Below, piece after piece: positions 55,901 through 64,000 of a DNA stretch of 64,000 bases. Source of the stretch: the human T2T-CHM13v2.0 reference genome, Homo sapiens; assembly GCF_009914755.1 (NCBI RefSeq), contig NC_060940.1; one strand, written 5' to 3'. Numbering within the stretch: the first letter of the stretch is position 1; every line of letters begins with the position of its first letter. The translations under genes and the position numbers were made by a program. Under the pieces are notes generated by a model, which saw only the letters and a program-made list of their open reading frames with translations, was not told the origin of the DNA and made no database searches.

Positions 55901-58900
55901 ATGATTCCATTATATTCCATTCAACGGTGATTCCATTCGAGTCCATTCCATGATTCCATTAGAGTACATTTAATGATTGCTTTGTTTTCAATTCGAAGAT
56001 GATTACATTGGATTCCATTCTATGATACCATTCGATTCCATTCAATGATGATTCCACTCAAATCCATTGGATGATTCCATTCGTGTCCATTCGGTGATTT
56101 CATTAGATTCCATTCGAGGATGATTCCATTCGATTCCATTCGATGATTCCATTCAATTCCATTCGATGATGATTCCATTCCAGTCCATATGATCATTCCA
56201 TTTGATTTCATTCGATGATGATTCCATTCGATTCCATTCGACGATTCCATTCTATTCCATTCGATGATGATTCCATTCGAGTCCATTCGATCAATCCATT
56301 CGAGTCCATTTAATGATTCCATTGGGTTCAATTCAATGATGATTACATTGGATTCCGTTCTATGATTCCATTCAATTCCGTTCATTGACAATTTGATTCC
56401 ATTCGATGATGATTCCATTTGAGTTCATTCGATGATTCTATTCGATTCTCTTCGATGGTGATTCAATTCTATTATATTGGATGATTCCATTCGATTCCAT
56501 TTGATGTTGATTCAATTCGATTCTATTCGATGATGATTCCATTGGATTTCACTTGATGATTCTATTCGATTCCATTCAATGATGATTCACTTCTCGTCCA
56601 TTGGATGATTCCATTTCATTCCATTCGATGATGATTCCATTCGATTCCATTCGATGATTCCATTTGATTCCATGCGACGGTGAGCAATTCGATTCAATTC
56701 CATGATGATTCTATTTGATTCAATTAGATGATGTTTCCATTCGAATCCATTCCATGATTATTCCATTGGAATCCATTCGGCGATGATTCCATATGAGTCA
56801 ATTCAATGATGATTCCATATGGGTCCGTTCGATGATAATTCCATTTGATTTCATTCGATGCTTCTATTCTATTCCAGTCGATGATGATTCCATTGGAGTC
56901 CATACGATGATTCCATTTGATTTCATTTGATGATGATTCCATTCGATGATGATTACATTGGATTCCATTCTATGATTCCATTCAATTCCATTCGTTGATG
57001 ATTCGATTCCATTCAATGATGATTCCATTTGAGTTCATTCGATGATTCTATTCGATTCCGTTCGATGGTGACTCAATTCTATTATACTGGATGATACCAG
57101 TCGATTCCATTTGATGATTATTCCATTGGAGTCCATTTAGTGAATCCTTTAGATTCTACTCGACGATGATTCCATTCGAGTCCATTCGATGATACCATTC
57201 AATTCCATTCGTTGATGCTTCCATTCAAGTGCATTCGATGATATCATTCGATTCCATTTGATGATAATTCCATTTGATTCCATGCGATGATTCTATTCGA
57301 TTCCCTTCAATGATAATTCCATTCAATTCAGTGATTCCTCTGGACTCCATTTGATGATGATTCCATTCAATGATTCCATTCGATTCTATTCGAAAATGAT
57401 TCCATTTGAATCCATTTGATGATGATTCCATTAGATTCCATTTGATGATTCCATTCGATTCCATGCGACGATGATTCCATTCGATTCCGTTTGATGATTC
57501 CATTCTATTCTATTCGATGATGATTCCATTCGATTCCATTCGATGATGATTGGATTCGATTCCATTGGATGATTTCATTTGATTCCATTCGTTAATGATT
57601 TCGATCAATTCCATTCGATGATTCCATTCGATTCCATTCGATAATGATTACATCCGAGTCCATTCGATGATTCCATTTGAGCCTGTTCGATAATTCCATT
57701 TGAGTCCAACCAATGATTCCATTCATTTCCATTCAATGATTCCATTCGAGTCCATTTGATCATTCCGGTAGGGTCCATTCGATGTTGATTCCATTGGAGT
57801 GCATTCGATGATTCCATTCGAGTCCATTTTAGGATTTGATTCGAGTCCTTTCGATGATTCCATTCGATTCCACTCGATGATGATTTCATTCGAGTCCATT
57901 CGACACTTCCAATCGATTCCATTTGATGATTCCATTCGAGTCCAATTGATGATTCCATTCAATTCCATTCGATGATGATTCCGTACGATACCATTCTGTG
58001 ATGATTCCATGTGATTGCATTCAATGATGATTCCTTTCGATTGCATTCGATTATGATTCATTTCGTGTTCATTCTATGGTTCCACAGGTTTCCATTCGTG
58101 TCCATTCCATTATTCCATTCTATTCCATTTGATGATGATTCCATTCGATTCCATTCATTGGTGATTCCACTCAATTCCATTCAATGATTCCATTCCATTT
58201 CTTTCAACAATGATTCCATTAGTTTCTAATCGATGATCCACTTGATTCCATTTGACGACGATTCCATTCTTGTCCATTCGATGATTCCATTTGATTCCAT
58301 ATGATGATGATTCCATTCGATTCCATACCATGATGATTCCATTCGAGTCCATTCAATGGTGATTCCATTCAATTCCATTCGATGATTCCTTTTGATTCCA
58401 TTCGATGATGATGGCATTCGATTCCTTTCAATCATTCCCTTTGATTCCATTCAAAGGTGATTTCATTCAAGTCCATTCGATAATTGCATTCGATTCCATT
58501 CTATGATGATTCCATTCGAGTCCATTTGATGATTCCATTCAATTCAAGTCAATGATGATTCCATTCGATTCCATTCGATGATTCCATTGGATTCCATTCG
58601 ATGATGATTCCATTCAAATCCTTTCGATAATTCAATTCAAGTCCATTCGATGATGATTCCAATCGAATCCATTCAAAGATTCCATTCAGTTCCATTCGAT
58701 GATTCCCTTAGATTCCATTCGATGATTCCACTTGATTGCATTTACGATGATTCCATTCGATTCCATGTGATGATTCCATTCAATTCTATTCAATGATGTC
58801 TCCATTTGATTCCATTCGACCATGATTGCCTTTGATTCCATTCAATGATTCCATTCGGTTCCGTTTGATGATGATTCCGTTCGATTCCATTTGATGATTC

Positions 58901-59099
58901 CATTTGATTCCATTGGATGGGTCCATTCGATTACATTCGATGATTATTCCATTCGAGTGCATTAGATGATTCCATTCGAGTCCATTCGATGATTCCATTC
59001 GATTCCATTCGATGTTGATTCTGTTCAAATCCATTCGATGATTCCACTCGATTCCATTCGTTGACTCCATTTGATCCCATTCGATGATTTCCTTTGATT
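52988..59099 (+). repeat. HOR unit 11 (full length, 6,112 bp)
   Basis: Constant offset 52987 (54->53041, 3033->56020, 5799->58786). Confidence 0.92.
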
Positions 59100-61055
59100 C
59101 CCTTTGATGATCATTCCATTTGATTCAATTCGGTGATTTCATTTGATTCCATTCAGTGATGTTTCCATTCGACTCCATTCGATGATGATTCCATTCGACT
59201 CCATTCGATTATGATTTCATTCAATTCCATTCGATAATGATTCCCTGCGAGTCTATTCGATGATTCCATTCGATTCCATTCAACGATGATTTGATTCGTG
59301 TCCATTCGATGATTCCATTTGATTCCACTTGATGATGATTCCATTCGAGCCCATTTGATGATTCCATTCAATTCCATACTCCGATGATTTCTTTTGAGCC
59401 CACTCAATGCTTCCACTCGATTCCATATGATGATGACTCCATTCGATGAAATTCGATGATGATTCCATTCGCTTGCTTTCGATGATGATTCCACTTGAGT
59501 CCGTTAGAAGATTCTATTCAATTACATTCCATGACGATTCCGTTCGAGTCCATTTGATGATTCCATTAGACTCCATTCGACGATGATTCCATTCGATGTT
59601 ATTCGATGATTCCATTTGATCTCATTCGATGATGATTCCATTCAACTCCATTCGATGTTTCCATTCGAGTTCATTCTATTATTCCATTAGATTCCATTCG
59701 ATGATGATTCCATTCGATTCCATTTGATGATTGCATTCTATTTCATTTGATGATGATTCCATTCGAGTCCACTCGATGATTCCATTCGAGTCCATTTAAT
59801 GAATCCATTGGTTTCAATTCTATGATGATTACATTGGATTCCATTCGTTGATGATTTCATTCGGTTCCATTCAATGATGATTCCATTCAATTCCTTTCAA
59901 TGTTTCCATTCAATTCCATACGATGATGATTCCATTTGATTTGATTCGACAGTGAGCCATTCGATTCAATTCCATGATGATTCTATTTGATTCAATTGGT
60001 TGACATTTCCATTCGATTCCATTCGATGATGATTCCCTTTGATTCCGTTCAAAGATGATTCCATTCTAGCCCATTCAATCATTCCATTCGATTCTATTCA
60101 ATGATGATTCCATTCATGTCGATTTGGTGATTCCATTTGACTTCATTTGATGATGATTCCTTTCAAGTTCATTAGATGATTCCATTCGATTCCATTTGAT
60201 GATGATCCCATTCGAGTCCATTCAGTGATTCCATTCATTTCCATTCCATGATGATTCCATTCCTTTCCATTCAATGATTCCATTCGATTCCGTTTGATGA
60301 TGATTTCATTCGAGTCCATTTGATGATTCCATTTGATTCCATTCGATGATGATTCCATTCGAGTCCATTCGATGATTCTATTCGAATCCATTTGATGATT
60401 TCTTTTGATTATATTTGGTGATGATTCCATTGGAGTCCATTCAATGATTCCATTCTATTCCAATCGATGATGATTCCATTAGAGTCCATTTAATGATTCC
60501 ATTTGATTCCAGTCTCTGATGATTACATTCGAGTCCATACGATGATTCCACTCAATTCCATATGATGATGATTCCATTTGATTCCATTCGGTGATTCCAT
60601 TCTATTCTATTCAATGGTGATTCCATTCGAGTACATTAGATGATTCCATTCGATTCCATTCAATGATGATTCTATTTGTGTCCCTTAGATGATTCCACAT
60701 GATTCCATTAGATGATGATACTATTTGAGCCCATCCAATGATTCCCTTCGATTCCATTCGATGAGGATTCCATTCGATTCAATTCATTGGTGATTCTATT
60801 CAATTCAATTCTTTGATTCCATTCCATTCCATTCGACAATAATTCCATTCGATTTCTTTCGATGATTCCACTCGATTCCACTTGACATTGATTCCATTCG
60901 ATTCCATTCAATGATTCCATTTGATTCCAGTGGATGATGATTGCCATCGATTCCATTCGATCACTCCATTCTATTCCATTTGATGATGATTACATTCGAT
61001 TCCATTTGATGATTCCATCTGATTCTATTCGAGGATTCCATTTGATTCCATTCGA
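59100..61055 (+). repeat. HOR unit 12 (truncated at unit position ~1956)
   Basis: After CATCTGATTCTATTCGAGGATTCC the sequence jumps back 1,899 bp in unit register (ORF ends 59494->61393). Confidence 0.88.
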
Positions 61056-64000
61056 TGATGTTTCCATTCGACTCCATTCGATGATGATTCCATTCGACTC
61101 CATTCGATTATGATTTCATTCAATTCCATTCGATAATGATTCCCTTCGAGTCCATTCGATGATTCCATTCGATTCCATTCAACGATGTTTTGATTCGTGT
61201 CCATTCGATGATTCCATTTGATTCCACTTGATGATGATTCCATTCGATTCCATTTGATGATTCCATTCAATTCCATACTCCGATGATTTCTTTTGAGCCC
61301 ACTCAATGCTTCCACTCGATTCCATATGATGATGACTCCATTCGATGAAATTCGATGATGATTCCATTCGCTTGCTTTCGATGATGATTCCACTTGAGTC
61401 CGTTAGAAGATTCTATTCAATTACATTCCATGACGATTCCGTTCGAGTCCATTTGATGATTCCATTAGACTCCATTCGACGATGATTCCTTTCGATGTTA
61501 TTCCATGATTCCATTCGATATCAATCGATGATGATTCCATTCAACTCCATTCGATGTTTCCATTCGAGTTCATTCTATTATTGCATTAGATTCCATTCGA
61601 TGATGATTCCATTCGATTCCATTTGATGATTGCATTCTGTTTCATTTGATGATGATTCCATTCGAGTCCACTCGATGATTCCATTCGAGTCCATTTAATG
61701 AATCCATTTGTTTCAATTCTATGATGATTACATTGGATTCCATTCGTTGATGATTTCATTCGGTTCCATTCAATGATGATTCCATTCAATTCCTTTCAAT
61801 GTTTCCATTCAATTCCATACGATGATGATTCCATTTGATTTGATTCGACAGTGAGCCATTCGATTCAATTCCATGATGATTCTATTTGATTCAATTGGTT
61901 GACATTTCCATTCGATTCCATTCGATGATGATTCCCTTTGATTCCGTTCAAAGATGATTCCATTCTAGCCCATTCAATCATTCCATTCGATTCTATTCAA
62001 TGATGATTCCATTCATGTCGATTTGGTGATTCCATTTGACTTCATTTGATGATGATTCCTTTCAAGTTCATTAGATGATTCCATTCGATTCCATTTGATG
62101 ATGATCCCATTCGAGTCCATTCAGTGATTCCATTCGTTTCCATTCCATGATGATTCCATTCCTTTCCATTCAATGATTCCATTCGATTCCGTTTGATGAT
62201 GATTTCATTCGAGTCCATTTGATGATTCCATTTGATTCCATTCGATGATGATTCCATTCGAGTCCATTCGATGATTCTATTCGAATCCATTTGATGATTT
62301 CTTTTGATTATATTTGGTGATGATTCCATTGGAGTCCATTCAATGATTCCATTCGATTCCAATCGATGATGATTCCATTAGAGTCCATTTAATGATTCCA
62401 TTTGATTCCAGTCTCTGATGATTACATTCGAGTCCATACGATGATTCCACTCAATTCCATATGATGATGATTCCATTTGATTCCATTCGGTGATTCCATT
62501 CTATTCTATTCAATGGTGATTCCATTCGAGTACATTAGATGATTCCATTCGATTCCATTCAATGATGATTCTATTTGTGTCCCTTAGATGATTCCACATG
62601 ATTCCATTAGATGATGATACTATTTGAGCCCATCCAATGATTCCCTTCGATTCCATTCGATGAGGATTCCATTCGATTCAATTCATTGGTGATTCTATTC
62701 AATTCAATTCTTTGATTCCATTCCATTCCATTCGACAATGATTCCATTCGATTTCTTTCGATGATTCCACTCGATTCCACTTGACATTGATTCCATTCGA
62801 TTCCATTCAATGATTCCATTTGATTCCAGTGGATGATGATTGCCATCAATTCCATTCGATCACTCCATTCTATTCCATTTGATGATGATTACATTCGATT
62901 CCATTTGATGATTCCATCTGATTCTATTCGAGGATTCCATTTGATTCCATTCGATGATGATTCCATTCGAGTCCATTCGATGATTTCATTCGAGTACATC
63001 CAATGATTCCATTCGAGTCCATTAGATGATTCCATTTGATTCCATTTGAAAATGATTCTACTAGAGTCCATTCAATGACTCCATTCGAGTCCATTCAACA
63101 ATTCCATTCGACTCCATTCGATGATTCCATTCGATTCCATTTGATGGTTCCATTCGAGTCCATTTAATCATTACAGTCGAGTCCATTTGGTGATTCCACT
63201 GGATTTCTTTTGATAATGATACCATTCAATTACATTTGATGATGATCCCATTCAATTTCATTTGATGATGATTCCATTAGAGTCCATTCGATGATTTCAT
63301 TCGAGTCCCTTCATTGATTCCATCCGATTTCATTGGATGATGACTCCATTCGAGTCCATTCGATGATTCCACTCGATTCCATTAGATGACTCCATTGGAG
63401 TCCATTTGATTGTTCCATTCGATTCCATTCGATTCCTTTCGAAGATTATTCCATTTGAGTCCATTCGATGATGATTCCATTCCATTCCATTCGATGATTC
63501 CGTTTGATTCCATTCGATGATTCCCTTCGATTCCTTTCTTTGATGATTTCATTCCATTCCATTCAATGATTCCATTCGAATCTATTCCATGATGATTCCT
63601 TTCGATTCCATTCGCTGATGTTTCCGTTCATTTCCATTCGATGATGATTCCATTCGATTCCATTCATTGAGGATTCCATTTGATTCCATTCAATGATGAT
63701 TCCATTCTATTCCACTCAATGATTGCATTCAATTCCATACAATGATTATCCCATTAGAGTAAACTCAACGATTCCATTCAATACCATTCGATGATGATTC
63801 CTTTTGAGTCCATTCAATGATTTCATTCAAGTCCATTTGATGATTCCTTTCAATTCCATTCTATGATGATTCCATTCGAGTCCATTCGATGATTCCATTC
63901 AATTGCATTTGATGATTCCATTATATTCCATTCAACGGTGATTCCATTCGAGTCCATTCCATGATTCCATTAGAGTACATTTAATGATTGCTTTGTTTTC
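61056..64000 (+). repeat. HOR unit 13 (unit positions ~58-3002, runs off the window end)
   Basis: Offset 60998 to unit 1 (1044->62042, 1609->62607, 1891->62889). Confidence 0.88.

Larger units (their letters stand above)
1..64000 (+). repeat. Human satellite 2 (HSat2/HSATII) pericentromeric array, CATTC strand on +; probably the HSat2B subfamily with a ~6.1-kb HOR (chr16q11.2-type)
   Basis: Continuous degenerate (ATTCCATTCG)2(ATG)1-2 monomers such as GATGATTCCATTCGATTCCATTC and GATGATTCCATTCGAGTCCATTC from first to last base. CATTCGATTC and GATGAT are abundant, unlike the purer (CATTC)n of HSat3. Near-identical ORF translations recur at 6,112-bp spacing (54->6166, 53041->59153). The family call is secure; the subfamily and chromosome assignment comes from recalled literature, not a search. 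Confidence 0.96.

Noticed and set aside
59157-62955. Simple 1,899-bp tandem duplication
   Set aside because: The second copy's private variants match unit 11 rather than the adjacent unit 12, which favours an ~8-kb or recombinant origin.
54-63071. Many 60-165 aa minus-strand ORFs (MESSSNGIEWNHRM... type) recurring in every unit
   Set aside because: They are low-complexity translations of the GAATG strand, which is rich in ATG and poor in stops. They overlap in several frames, are freely broken by indels and stops between copies, and show no domain or gene structure. Similar 'hypothetical proteins' in databases are known to arise from human satellite contamination.
1-64000. CRISPR-like pattern of 23-26-bp repeats
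   Set aside because: The monomers are contiguous and degenerate, with no unique spacers, leader or cas genes.
1-64000. Assignment to HSat3, alpha satellite or telomeric repeat
   Set aside because: The sequence is dominated by CATTCGATTC/GATGAT monomers typical of HSat2. There are no long pure (CATTC)n runs, no 171-bp alphoid monomers or evident CENP-B boxes, and no TTAGGG arrays.
1-64000. Short palindromes (TCGA, AATCGATT, TTCGAA) as hairpins, terminators or structured RNA
   Set aside because: They are intrinsic to the monomer and too short. Strand asymmetry precludes long inverted repeats, and no tRNA, rRNA or ncRNA signature is visible.

Overview
The whole 64 kb window is one uninterrupted, single-orientation array of human (hominid) classical satellite 2 (HSat2/HSATII). 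It is built from degenerate CATTC-derived 23/26-bp monomers (ATTCCATTCG ATTCCATTCG + (ATG)1-2, often with a GAGTC variant). The monomers form a higher-order repeat (HOR) of 6,112 bp, consistent with the ~6.1-kb HSat2B unit I recall being described for the chromosome 16 pericentromere. Using the landmark CCCTTTGATGATCATT, units start at 1, 6113, 12189, 14976, 16918, 22826, 28938, 34431, 40542, 46850, 52988 and 59100, with a restart at ~61056. I see no credible gene, RNA gene, transposon, CRISPR array or inversion; all listed ORFs are translations of the repeat. I find no evidence for a new coding system. What is of interest is the array's evolutionary record: truncated and recombinant units, a ~190-bp satellite patch absent from the canonical unit, two interleaved HOR haplotype classes, conversion-like tracts, an apparent 8,011-bp super-repeat, indel sizes quantised to the monomer grammar, older duplications inside the HOR, and one DUX4-type motif per full unit. 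All comparisons were done by eye with ORF-coordinate arithmetic, so breakpoints are approximate within microhomology.
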